A stretch of 64,000 nt of DNA from the human T2T-CHM13v2.0 reference genome, Homo sapiens: assembly GCF_009914755.1 (NCBI RefSeq), contig NC_060933.1; one strand, written 5' to 3'. Every line of letters starts with the position of its first letter. The first letter of the stretch is position 1. This document shows, in pieces, positions 30,201 through 44,100 of the stretch. A program made the position numbers and the translations under genes. Under the pieces are notes generated by a model. That model saw only the letters and a program-made list of their open reading frames with translations, made no database searches and was not told the origin of the DNA.

Positions 30201-31780
30201 AATGGAATGGAATGGAATGGAATGGAATGGAATGGAATCAACCCGAGTGCAATCGAATGGAATCGAATGGAATAGAATGCAATGGAATGGATTCAACTTG
30301 AATGGAATGGAAAGAATGGAATCAACACGAGTGGAATGGCATGGATTGGAATGGAATGGAATGGAATCAACCCGAGTACAGGGGAATGGAATGCAATGGA
30401 ATGGAATCATCCGTAATGGAATGGAAAGGAATGGAATGGAATGGAATGGAATGGAATGGAATGGAATGGAATGGAATCAACTCGATTGCAATCGAATGGA
30501 ATGGAATGGAATTAACCCGAATAGAATGGAATGGAATGGAAAGGAATGGAACGGAATGGAATGGAATGGAACGGAACGGAATGGAATGGAATGGAATGGA
30601 ATGGAATGGAATGGAATGGATTCAACGCGAGTGCAGGGGAATGGAATGGAATTGAATGCAATGGAATGGAATCCTCCGGAATGGAATGGAATGGAATGGA
30701 ATGGAATGGAATGAAATGCAATGGATTCAACTCGATTGCAATGGAATGGAATAGAATGGAATGGAATGGAATGGAATGGAATTAATCCGAATAGAATGGA
30801 ATGGAATGCAATGGAACTGAATGGAACGGAATGGAATGGAATGGAATGGAATGGAATGGTATGGAATGGAATGAAATGGTACGGAATAGAATGGAATGGA
30901 ACGAATTGTAATGGAATGGAATTGAATGGAATGGAATGGAATCAACGCGAGTGCAGGGGAATGTAATGGAACAGAATGCAATGGAATGGAATCATCCGGA
31001 ATGGAATGGAATGGAATGGAATGGAATCAACCCGAGTACAATGGAATGGAATGGAATGGAATGGAATGGAATGGAATGGAATGCCTTCAAACCGAATGGA
31101 ATGGAAAGGAATGGAATCAAAACGAGTGGAATGGAATGGAATGGAATGGAATGGAATGGAATGGAATGGAATGATACGGAATAGAATGGAATGGAACGAA
31201 ATGGAATGGAATGGAATGGAATGGAATGGAATGGAATCGTTCCGAGTGGAATAGGAAGGAATGTATTCGAGTGGAATGGAAAGGAATGGAATCAACCAGA
31301 GTGCAATGGAAGGGAATGGAATGGAATGGAAACTAATAGAATGGAATCAACCCGAGTGGAATGGAATGGAAAGGACTGGAATGGAATGGAATGGAATGGA
31401 ATGGAATGGAATCAACTCGATTGTAATGGAATGGAATGGAATGGAATGGAATGGAATTAACCTGAATACAATGGAATGGAATGGAATGGAACGGAATGGA
31501 GTGGAATGGAATGGAATCAACCCGAGTGCAGGGGAATGGAATGGAATGGAATGCAATGGAATGGAATCATCCGGAATGGAATGGAATGGAATGGAATGCA
31601 AAGCAATGGAATCAACTCGATTGCAATGGAATGGAATGGAATGGAAAAGAATACATTGGAATCAACCCGAGTGGAATGGAATGGAAAGGACTGGAATGGA
31701 GTGGAATGGAATGGAATGGAATCAACTCGATTGGAATGGAATGGAATGGAATGGAATGGAATTAACCCGAATAGAATGGA
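21255..31780 (+). repeat. Copy 2 of ~10.5-kb duplicated block (offset ~14.85 kb)
   Basis: As for copy 1. GGTACC at 10386 vs 25236 (offset 14850); CTGCAG at 12962 vs 27812 (offset 14850). Confidence 0.92.
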
Positions 31781-33840
31781 ATGGAATGGAATGGAATGGA
31801 ACGGAACGGAACGGAATGGAATGGAATGGAATGGAATGGAATGGAATCAACCCGACTGCAGGGGAATGGAATGGAATGGAGTGCAATGTAATGGATTCAA
31901 CTTGAATGGAATGCAAAGAATGGAATCAACACGAGTGGAATGGCATGGATTGGAATGGAATGGAATGGAATCAACCCGAGTACAGGGGAATGGAATGGAA
32001 TGGAATGCAATGGAATGGAATCATCCGTAATGGAATGGAAAGGAATGGAATGGAATGGAATGGAATGGAATGGAATGGAATGGAATCAACTCGAATGCAG
32101 TTGAATGGAATGGAATGGAATTAACCCGAATAGAATGGAATGGAATGGAATGGAACGGAACGGAACGGAACGGAATGGCATGGAATGGAATGGAATGGAA
32201 CGGAAAGGAATGGAATGGAATGGAATGGAATGGAATGGAATGGAATGGAATGAACGCGAGTGCAGGGGAATGGAATGGAATGGAATGCAATGGAATGGAA
32301 TCTTCTGGAATGGAATGGAATGGAATGGAATGGAATGGAATGGAATGGAATAAACCCGAGTGCAATGGAATGGAGTGGAATGGAATGGAATGGAATGGAA
32401 TAACCCGAATGGAATGGAATGTAATGGAGAGTAAGGGAGTTGAATAGAATCAATCCGAATGTAATGGAATGGAATGGAACGGAATGGAATTGAATGGAAT
32501 GGAATGGAATGCAATGGAATGGAATCAACCCGAGTGCAATGGAATGGAGAGGAATGGAATGGAATGGAATGGAAACTACCCGAATGGAATGGAATGTAAT
32601 GGAGTGTAAGGGAATTGAATAGAATCAATCCGAATGTAATGGAATGGAATGGAACGGAATGGAATGGAATGGAATGCAATGGAATGGAATGGAATGCAAT
32701 GGAATGGAATCAACCCGAGTGCAATCGAATGGAATCGAATGGAATGGAATGCAATGGAATGGATTCAACTTGAATGGAATGGAAAGAATGGAATCAACAC
32801 GAGTGGAATGGCATGGATTGGAATGCAATGGAATGGAATCAACCCGTGTACAGTGGAATGGAATGGAATGGAACGCAATGGAATGGAACCATCCGTAATG
32901 GAATAGAAAGGAATGGAATGGTATGGAATGGAATGGAATGGAATGGATTGGAATCAACACGATTGCAATAGAATGGAATGGAATGGAATTAACCCAAATA
33001 GAATGGAATGGAATGGAATGGAACGGAACGGAATGGAATGGAATGGAATGGAATGGAATGGAATGGAACGGAACGGAACGGAATGGAATGGAATGGAATG
33101 GAATGGAATGGAATGGAATCAACGCGAGTGCAGGGGAATGGAATGTAATGGAATGCAATGGAATGGAATCTTCCGGAATGGAATGGAATTGAATGGAATG
33201 GAATCAACCCGAGTGCAATGGAATGTAGTGGAATGGAATGGAATGGAATGGAACAATCCGAATGGAATGGAATGTAATAGAGAGTAAGGGAGTTGAATAG
33301 AATCAATCCGAAAGTAATGGAATGGAATTGAAAGGAATGGAATTGAATGGAATGGAATGGAATGCAATGGAATGGAATCAACCCGAGTGCAATGGAATGG
33401 AGAGGAATGGAATGGAATGGAGTGGAAACTACCCGAATGGAATGGAATGTAATGGAGTGTAAGGGAATTGAATAGAATCAATCCGAATATAATGGAAAGG
33501 AATGGAACGGAATGGAATGGAATGGAATGGAATGGAATGGAATGGAATGGAATGCAATGGAAAGGAATCAACCTGAGTGCAATCGAATGGAATCGAATGG
33601 AATGGAATGCAATGGAATGGAATCAACTCGATTGCAATCGAATGGAATGGAATGGAATTAACCCGAATAGAATGGAATGGAATGGAATGGAAAGGAACGG
33701 AATGGAATGGAATGGAATGGAATGGAATGGAATGGAACGGAACGGAATGGAATGGAATGGAATCAACGCGAGTGAAGGGGAATGGAATGGAATGGAATGC
33801 AATGGAATGGAATCTTCCGGAATGGAATGGAATGGAATGG
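31765..33840 (+). repeat. ~2.1-kb repeat of ~27720-29800 (offset ~4.03-4.04 kb)
   Basis: CTGCAG at 27812 vs 31856; ORF pairs 28615/32644 and 29424/33468; same module order, including GAACGCGAGT, CTTCTGG and CCGAATATAAT. Confidence 0.8.
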
Positions 33841-35532
33841 AAAGGAATGGAATGCAATGGATTCAACTCGATTGCAATGGAATGGAATAGAATGGAATGG
33901 AATGGAATGGAATGGAATTAACCCGAATACAATTGAATGGAATGCAATGGAACGGAATGTAATGGAATGGAATGGAATGGAATGGAATGGTATGGAATGG
34001 AATGGAATGGTACGGAATAGAATGGAATGTAACGAATTGTAATGGACTGGAATTGAATGGAATGGAATGGAATTAACGCGAGTGCAGGGGAATGTAATGG
34101 AACGGAATGCAATGGAATGGAATCATCCGTAATGGAATGGAAAGGAATGGAATGGAATGGAATGGAATGGAATGGAATGGAATGGAATGGAATCACCTCG
34201 ATTGCAATCGAATGGAATGGAATGGAATTAACCCGAATAGAATGGAATCAAATGGAACGGAACGGAACGGAACGGCACGGAATGGAATGGAATGGAATGG
34301 AACGGAACGGAACGGAATGGAATGGAATGGAATGGAATGGAATGGAATGGAATCAACGCGAGTGCAGGGGAATGGAATGGAATGGAATGCAATGGAATGG
34401 AATCTTCCGGAATGGAATGGAATGGAATGAAATGGTTTCAACTCGATTGCAATGGAATGGAATAGAATGGAATGGAATGGAATGGAATGGAATTAACCCG
34501 AATAAAATGGAATGGATTGGAATGGAACGGAACGGAACGGAACGGAATGGAATGGAACGGAATGGAATGGAATGGAACGGTATGGAATGGTATGGAATGG
34601 TACGGAATAGAATGGAATGGAAAGAATTGGAATGGAATGGAAAGGAATGGAATGGAATGGAATGGAATCAACCCGAGTGCAGGGGAATGTAATGGAACGG
34701 AATGTAATCGAATGCAATCATCCGGAATGGAATGGAATGGAATGGAATGGAAAGGAATGGAATGGAACCAACTCGATTGTGATGGAATGGAATGGAATGG
34801 AATGGAATGGAATGGAATGGAATTAACTCGAATACAATGGAATGGAATGGAATGGAACGGAATGGAGTGGAATGGAATGGAATCAACCCGAGTGCAGGGG
34901 AATGGAATGGAATGGAATGCAATGGAATGGAATCATCCGGAATGGAATGGAATGCAAAGAAATGGAATCAACTCGATTGCAATGGAATGGAATGGAATGG
35001 AAAGGAATACATTGGAATCAACCCGAGTGGAATGGAATGGAAAGGACTGGAATGGAGTGGAATGGAATGGAATGGAATGGAATGGAATCAACTCGATTGG
35101 AATGGAATGGAATGGAATGGAATGGAATGGAATTAACCCGAATAGAATGGAATGGAATGGAATGGAATGGAACGGAAGGGAACGGAATGGAATCGAATGG
35201 AATTGAATGGAATGGAATGGAATCAACCCGACTGCAGGGGAATGGAATGGAATGGAATGCAATGGAATGGATTCATCTTGAATGGAATGGAAAGAATGGA
35301 ATCAACACGAGTGGAATGGCATGGATTGGAATGGAATGGAATGGAATAAACCCGAGTACAGGGGAATGGAATGGAATGGAATGCAATGGAATGGAATCAT
35401 CCGTAATGGAATGGAAAGGAATGGAATGGAATGGAAGGGAATGGAATGGAATGGAATGGAATGGAATGGAATCAACTCGAATGCAGTCGAATGGAATGGA
35501 ATGGAATTAACCCGAATAGAATGGAATGGAAT

Positions 35533-35557
35533 GGAACGGAACGGAACGGAACGGAAC
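35533..35557 (+). repeat. (GGAAC)5 variant-pentamer run (paralogue at ~38949-38973)
   Basis: Five consecutive GGAAC units; shorter runs follow many TAACCCGAATAG modules (e.g. 5854-5873). Confidence 0.9.
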
Positions 35558-36475
35558 GGAATGGCATGAAATGGAATGGAATGCAATGGAATGGAACGGA
35601 AAGGAATGGAATGGAATGGAATGGAATGGAATGGAATGGAATGGAATGAACGCGAGTGCAGGGGAATGGAATGGAATGGAATGCAATGGAATGGAATCAT
35701 CTGGAATGGAATGGAATGGAATGGAATGGAATGGAATGGAATGGAATGGAATAAACCCGAGTGCAATGGAATGGAGTGGAATGGAATGGAATGGAATGGA
35801 ACAACCCGAATGGAATGGAATGTAATGGAGAGTAAGGGAGTTGAATAGAATCAATCCGAATGTAATGGAATGGAATGGAACGGAATGGAATTGAATGGAA
35901 TGGAATGGAATGCAATGGAATGGAATCAACCCGAGTGCAATGGAATGGAGAGGAATGGAATGGAATGGAATGGAAACTACCCGAATGGAATGGAATGTAA
36001 TGGAGTGTAAGGGAATTGAATAGAATCAATCCGAATGTAATGGAATGGAATGCAACGGAATGGAATGGAATTGAATGGAATGGAATGGAATGGAATGGAA
36101 TGCAATGGAATGGAATCAACCCGAGTGCAATCGAATGGAATCGAATGGAATGGAATGCAATGGAATGGATTCAACTTGAATGGAATGGAAAGAATGGAAT
36201 CAACACGAGTGGAATGGCATGGATTGGAATGCAATGGAATGGAATCAACCCGAGTACAGTGGAATGGAATGGAATGGAATGCAATGGAATGGAACCATCC
36301 GTAGTGGAATGGAAAGGAATGGAATGGAATGGAATGGAATGGAATGGAATCAACACGATTGCAATAGAATGGAATGGAATGGAATTAACCCAAATAGAAT
36401 GGAATGGAATGGAATGGAAAGGAACGGAATGGAATGGAATGGAATGGAATGGAATGGAACGGAACGGAATGGAAT

Positions 36476-36495
36476 GTAATGTAATGTAATGTAAT
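36476..36495 (+). repeat. (GTAAT)4 variant-pentamer run
   Basis: Read directly; absent from the paralogous positions at ~33090 and ~39880. Confidence 0.9.
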
Positions 36496-39400
36496 GGAAT
36501 GGAGTGGAATCAACGCGAGTGCAGGGGAATGGAATGGAATGGAATGCAATGGAATGGAATCTTCTGGAATGGAATGGAATGGAATGGAATGGAATGGAAT
36601 CAACCCGAGTGCAATGGAATGGAGTGGAATGGAATGGAATGGAATGGAACAACCCGAATGGAATCGAATGTAATGGAGAGAAAGGGAGTTGAATAGAATC
36701 AATCGGAATGTAATGGAATGGAATGGAAAGGAATGGAATTGAATGGAATGGAATGGAATGCAATGGAATGGAATCAACCCGAGTGCAATGGAATGGAGAG
36801 GAATGGAATGGAATGGAGTGGAAACTACCCGAATGGAATGGAATGTAATGGAGTGTAAGGGAATTGAATAGAATCAATCCGAATATAATGGAAAGGAATG
36901 GAACGGAATGGAATGGAATGGAATGGAATGGAATGGAATGGAATGGAATGCAATGGAAAGGAATCAACCCGAGTGCAATCGAATGGAATCGAATGGAATG
37001 GAATGCAATGGAATGGAGTCAACTCGATTGCAATCGAATGGAATGGAATGGAATTAACCCGAATAGAATGGAATGGAATGGAATGGAAAGGAACGGAACG
37101 GAATGGAATGGAATGGAATGGAATGGAATGGAATGGAATGGAACGGAACGGAATGGAATGGAATGGAATCAACGCGAGTGCAGGGGAATGGAATGGAATG
37201 GAATGCAATGGAATGGAATCTTCCTGAATGGAATGGAATGGAATGGAATGGAATGGAATGCAATGGATTCAACTCGATTGCAATGGAATGGAATGGAATG
37301 GAATGGAATGGAATGGAATGGAATTAACCCGAATACAATGGAATGGAATGCAGTGGAACGGAATGGAACGGAATGGAATGGAATGGAATGGAACGGAATG
37401 GTATGGAATGGAATGGAATGGTACGGAATAGAATGGAATGTAACGAATTGTAATGGAATGGAATTGAATGGAATGGAATGGAATCAACGCGAGTGCAGGG
37501 GAATGTAATGGAACGGAATGCAATGGAATGGAATCATCCGGAATGGAATGGAATGGAATGGAATGGAATGGAATGGAATGGAATGGAATGGAATGGAATC
37601 ACCTCGATTGCAATCGAATGGAATGGAATGGAATTAACCCGAATAGAATGGAATCAAATGGAACGGAACGGAACGGAACGGCACGGAATGGAATGGAATG
37701 GAATGGAACGGAACGGAACGGAATGGAATGGAATGGAATGGAATGGAATGGAATGGAATCAACGCGAGTGCAGGGGAATGGAATGGAATGGAATGCAATG
37801 GAATGGAATCTTCCGGAATGGAATGGAATGGAATGAAATGGTTTCAACTCGATTGCAATGGAATGGAATAGAATGGAATGGAATGGAATGGAATGGAATT
37901 AACAAGAATAAAATGGAATGGATTGGAATGGAACGGAACGGAACGGAACGGAATGGAATGGAACGGAATGGAATGGAATGGAACGGTATGGAATGGTATG
38001 GAATGGTACGGAATAGAATGGAATGGAAAGAATTGGAATGGAATGGAAAGGAATGGAATGGAATGGAATGGAATCAACCCGAGTGCAGGGGAATGTAATG
38101 GAACGGAATGTAATCGAATGCAATCATCCGGAATGGAATGGAATGGAATGGAATGGAAAGGAATGGAATGGAACCAACTCGATTGTGATGGAATGGAATG
38201 GAATGGAATGGAATGGAATGGAATGGAATTAACTCGAATACAATGGAATGGAATGGAATGGAACGGAATGGAGTGGAATGGAATGGAATCAACCCGAGTG
38301 CAGGGAAATGGAATGGAATGGAATGCAATGGAATGGAATCATCCGGAATGGAATGGAATGGAATGGAATGCAAAGCAATGGAATCAACTCGATTGCAATG
38401 GAATGGAATGGAATGGAAAGGAATACATTGGAATCAACCCGAGTGGAATGGAATGGAAAGGACTGGAATGGAGTGGAATGGAATGGAATGGAATGGAATG
38501 GAATCAACTCGATTGGAATGGAATGGAATGGAATGGAATGGAATGGAATTAACCCGAATAGAATGGAATGGAATGGAATGGAATGGAACGGAACGGAACG
38601 GAATGGAATCGAATGGAATTGAATGGAATGGAATGGAATCAACCCGACTGCAGGGGAATGGAATGGAATGGAATGCAATGGAATGGATTCATCTTGAATG
38701 GAATGGAAAGAATGGAATCAACACGAGTGGAATGGCATGGATTGGAATGGAATGGAATGGAATCAACCCGAGTACAGGGGAATGGAATGGAATGGAATGC
38801 AATGGAATGGAATCATCCGTAATGGAATGGAAAGGAATGGAATGGAATGGAAGGGAATGGAATGGAATGGAATGGAATGGAATGGAATCAACTCGAATGC
38901 AGTCGAATGGAATGGAATGGAATTAACCCGAATAGAATGGAATGGAATGGAACGGAACGGAACGGAACGGAACGGAATGGCATGAAATGGAATGGAATGC
39001 AATGGAATGGAACGGAAAGGAATGGAATGGAATGGAATGGAATGGAATGGAATGGAATGAACGCGAGTGCAGGGGAATGGAATGGAATGGAATGCAATGG
39101 AATGGAATCTTCTGGAATGGAATGGAATGGAATGGAATGGAATGGAATGGAATGGAATAAACCCGAGTGCAATGGAATGGAGTGGAATGGAATGGAATGG
39201 AATGGAACAACCCGAATGGAAGGAATGTAATGGAGAGTAAGGGAGTTGAATAGAATCAATCCGAATGTAATGGAATGGAATGGAACGGAATGGAATTGAA
39301 TGGAATGGAATGGAATGCAATGGAATGGAATCAACCCGAGTGCAATGGAATGGAGAGGAATGGAATGGAATGGAATGGAAACTACCCGAATGGAATGGAA

Positions 39401-41164
39401 TGTAATGGAGTGTAAGGGAATTGAATAGAATCAATCCGAATGTAATGGAATGGAATGGAACGGAATGGAATGGAATTGAATGGAATGGAATGGAATGGAA
39501 TGGAATGCAATGGAATGGAATCAACCCGAGTGCAATCGAATGGAATCGAATGGAATGGAATGCAATGGAATGGATTCAACTTGAATGGAATGGAAAGAAT
39601 GGAATCAACACGAGTGGAATGGCATGGATTGGAATGCAATGGAATGGAATCAACCCGAGTACAGTGGAATGGAATGGAATGGAATGCAATGGAATGGAAC
39701 CATCCGTAGTGGAATGGAAAGGAATGGAATGGAATGGAATGGAATGGAATGGAATCAACACGATTGCAATAGAATGGAATGGAATGGAATTAACCCAAAT
39801 AGAATGGAATGGAATGGAATGGAACGGAACGGAATGGAATGGAATGGAATGGAATGGAATGGAACGGAACGGAATGGAATGGAATGGAATGGAATGGAAT
39901 GGAATGGAATGGAATCAACGCGAGTGCAGGGGAATGGAATGGAATGGAATGCAATGGAATGGAATCTTCCGGAATGGAATGGAATGGAATGGAATCAACC
40001 CGAGTGCAATTGAATGGAGTGGAATGGAATGGAATGGAATGGAACAACCCGAATGGAATCGAATGTAATGGAGAGAAAGGGAGTTGAATAAAATCAATCC
40101 GAATGTAATGGAATGGAATGGAAAGGAATGGAATTGAATGGAATGGAATGGAATGCAATGGAATGGAATCAACCCGAGTGCAATGGAATGGAGAGGAATG
40201 GAATGGAATGGAGTGGAAACTACCCGAATGGAATGGAATGTAATGGAGTGTAAGGGAATTGAATAGAATCAATCCGAATATCATGGAAAGGAATGGAACG
40301 GAATGGAATGGAATGGAATGGAATGGAATGGAATGGAATGGAATGCAATGGAAAGGAATCAACCCGAGTGCAATCGAATGGAATCGAATGGAATGGAATG
40401 CAATGGAATGGAGTCAACTCGATTGCAATCAAATGGAATGGAATGGAATTAACCCGAATAGAATGGAATGGAATGGAATGGAAAGGAACGGAATGGAATG
40501 GAATGGAATGGAATGGAATGGAATGGAATGGAACGGAACGGAATGGAATGGAATGGAATCAACGCGAGTGCAGGGGAATGGAATGGAATGGAATGCAATG
40601 GAATGGAATCTTCCGGAATGGAATGGAATGGAATGGAATGGAATGGAATGCAATGGATTCAACTCGATTGCAATGGAATGGAATGGAATGGAATGGAATG
40701 GAATGGAATTAACCAGAATACAATGGAATGGAATGCAGTGGAACGGAATGGAACGGAATGGAATGGAATGGAATGGAACGGAATGGTATGGAATGGAATG
40801 GAATGGTACGGAATAGAATGGAATGTAACGAATTGTAATGGAATGGAATTGAATGGAATGGAATGGAATCAACGCGAGTGCAGGGGAATGTAATGGAACG
40901 GAATGCAATGGAATGGAATCATCCGGAATGGAATGGAATGGAATGGAATGGAAAAGAATGGAATCAACCCGAATGCAATGGAGTGGAGTGGAATGGAATG
41001 GAATGGAATGGAACAACCCGAATGGAATGGAATGTAATGGAGAGTAAGGGAGTTGAATAGAATCAATCCGAATGTAATGGAATGGAATGCAACGGAATGG
41101 AATGGAATGGAATGCAATGGAATGCAATCAACCCGAGTACAATGGAATGGAATGGAATGGAATG

Positions 41165-44100
41165 GAATGGAATGGAATGGAATGCCTTCAAACCGAATGG
41201 AATGGAAAGGAATGGAATCAACACGAGTGGAATGGAACGGAAGGGAATGGAATGGAATGGAATGGAATGATACGGAATAGAATGGAATTGAACGAAACGG
41301 AATGGAATGGAATGGAATGGAATGGAATGGAATGGAATGGAATCGTTCCGAGTGGAATAGGAGGGAATGTATTCGAGTGGAATGGAAAGGAATGGAATCA
41401 ACCAGAGTGGAATGGAAGGGAATGGAATGGAATGGAAACTAATAGAATGGAATCAACCCGAGTGGAATGGAATGGAAAGGACTGGAAAGGAATGGAATGG
41501 AATGGAATGGAATGGAATTGAATTAACCCGAATACAATGGAATGGAATGGAATGGAACGGAATGGAGTGGAATGGAATGGAATCAACCCAAGTGCAGGGG
41601 AATGGAATGGAATGGAATGCAATGGAATGGAATCATCCGGAATGGAATGGAATGGAATGGAATGCAAAGCAATGGAATCAACTCGATTGCAATGGAATGG
41701 AATAGAATGGAATGGAATGGAATGGAATGGAATTAATCCGAATAGAATGGAATGGAATGGAATGGAACGGAATTTAACGGAATGGAATGGAATGGAATGG
41801 AATGGAATGGAATGGAATGGAATGGTATGGAATGGAATGGAATGGAATGGAATGGAATCAACGCGAGTGCAGGGGAATGGAATGGAATGGAATGCAATGG
41901 AATGGAATCATCCGGAATGGAATGGAATGGAATGGAATGGAAAGCAATGGAATCAACTCGATTGCAATGGAAAGGAATGGAATGGAAAGGAATACATTGG
42001 AATCAACCCGAGTGGAATGGAATGGAAAGGACTGGAATGGAGTGGAATGGAATGGAATGGAATTGAATGGAAAGGAATGGAATGGAATCAACTTGATTGG
42101 AATGGAATGAAATGGAATGGAATGGAATGGAATGGAATTAACCCGAATAGAAAGGAATGGAATGGAATGGAACGGAACGGAATGGAATGGAATGGAATGG
42201 AATGGAATGGAATGGAATTGAATGGAATCAACCCGACTGCAGGGGAATGGAATGGAATGGAATGCAATGGAATGGATTCAACTTGAATGGAATGGAAAGA
42301 ATGGAATCAACACGAGTGGAATGGCATGGATTGGAATGGAATGGAATGGAATCAACCCGAGTAAAGGGGAATGGAATGGAATGGAATGCAATGGAATGGA
42401 ATCATCCGTAATGGAATGGAAAGGAATGGAATTTAATGGAATGGAATGGAATGCAATGGAATGGAATGGAATCAACTCGATTGCAATCGAATGGAATGGA
42501 ATGGAATTAACCCGAATAGAATGGAATAGAATGGAATGGAACGGAACGGAATGGAATGGACTGGAATGAAAAGGAATGGAAGGGAACGGAATGGAATGGA
42601 ATGGAATGGAATGGAATCAACGCGAGTGCAGGGGACTGGAATGGAATGGAATGCAATGGAATGGAATCAACCCGAGTGCAATCGAATGGAATCGAATGAA
42701 ATGGAATGCAATGGATTCAACTCGATTGCAATGGAATGGAATAGAATGGAATGGAATGGAATGGAATGGAATTAATCTGAATAGAGTGGAATGGAATGGA
42801 TTGGAACGGAATGGAACGGAATGGAATGGAATGGAATGGAATGGTATGGAATGGAATGGAATGGTATGGAATAGAATGGAATGGAACGAATTGTAATGGA
42901 ATGGAATTGAATGGAATAGAATGGAATCAACGCGAGTGCAGGGGAATGTAATGGAAAGGAATGCAATGGAATGGAATCATCCGGAATGGAATGGAATGGA
43001 ATGGAATGGAATGGAATGGAATCAACCCGAGTGCAATGGAATGGAGTGGAATGGAATTGAATGGAATGGAACAACCCGAATGGAATGGAATGTAATGGAG
43101 AGTAAGGGAGTTGAATAGAATCAATCCGAATGGAAAGGAATGGAATGGAATGGAATGCAATGGAATGGAATCAACCCGAGTACAATGGAATGGAATGGAA
43201 TGGAATGGAATGCAATGGAATGGAATGGAATGGAATGATACGGAATAGAATGGAATGGAACGAAATGGAATGGAATGGAATGGAATGGAATGGAATGGAA
43301 TCAACTCGATTGTAATGGAATGGAATGGAATGGAATGGAATGGAATGGAGTGGAATGGAATGGAATCAACCCGAGTGCAGGGGAATGGAATGGAATGGAA
43401 TGGAATGGAATGGAATGGAATGGAATCAACGCGAGTGCAGGGGAATGGAATGGAATGGAATGCAATGGAATGGAATCTTCCGGATGAAATGGAATAGAAT
43501 GGAATGGAATGGAATGGAATGGAATGGAATCAACTCGATTGCAATCGAATGGAATGGAATGGAATTAACTCGAATAGAATGGAATGGAATGGAATGGAAC
43601 GGAACGGAACGTAATGGAATGGAATGGAATGGAATGGAACGGAATGGAATGGAATGGAATGGAATGGAATGGAATGGAATGGAATGGAATCAACGCGAGT
43701 GCAGTAGAATGGAATGGAATGGAATGAAATGGAATGGAATCTTCCAGAATGGAATGGAATGGAATGAAATGCAATGGGTTCAACTCGATTGCAATGGAAT
43801 GGAATAGAATGGAATGGAATGGAATGGAATGGAATTAATTCGAATAGAATGGAATGGAATGGAATGGAACGGAATGGAACGGAATGGAATGGAATGGAAT
43901 GGTATGGAATGGAATGGAATGGTACGGAATAGAATGGAATGGAACGAATTGTAATGCAATGGAATTGAATGGAATGGAATGGAATGGAATGGAATCAACG
44001 CGAGTGCAGGGGTATGTAATGGAACGGAATGCAATGGAATGGAATCATCCGCAATGGAATGGAATGGAATGGAATGGAATGGAATGGAATCAACCCGAGT

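Larger units (their letters stand above)
31780..40960 (+). repeat. ~2.7 tandem copies of a ~3.4-kb higher-order unit (approx. 31780-35170, 35170-38580, 38580-40960 partial)
   Basis: ORF pairs offset by 3395-3416 (32644/36050, 33468/36864, 34193/37599, 35282/38698, 35977/39382, 36864/40259). Private variants GGCACGG, GGTTTCAACT, TTCATCTTG, GGAGAGAAAGG, CCGTAGT and GGAGTCAACT each occur twice at this spacing. Confidence 0.9.

Noticed and set aside
31780-40960. DYZ1 (Yq12) identity suggested by the 3.4-kb period
   Set aside because: The period is only local and built from the same cassettes as the rest of the window, whereas DYZ1 forms long homogeneous ~3.56-kb arrays. Alignment is needed for a formal exclusion.
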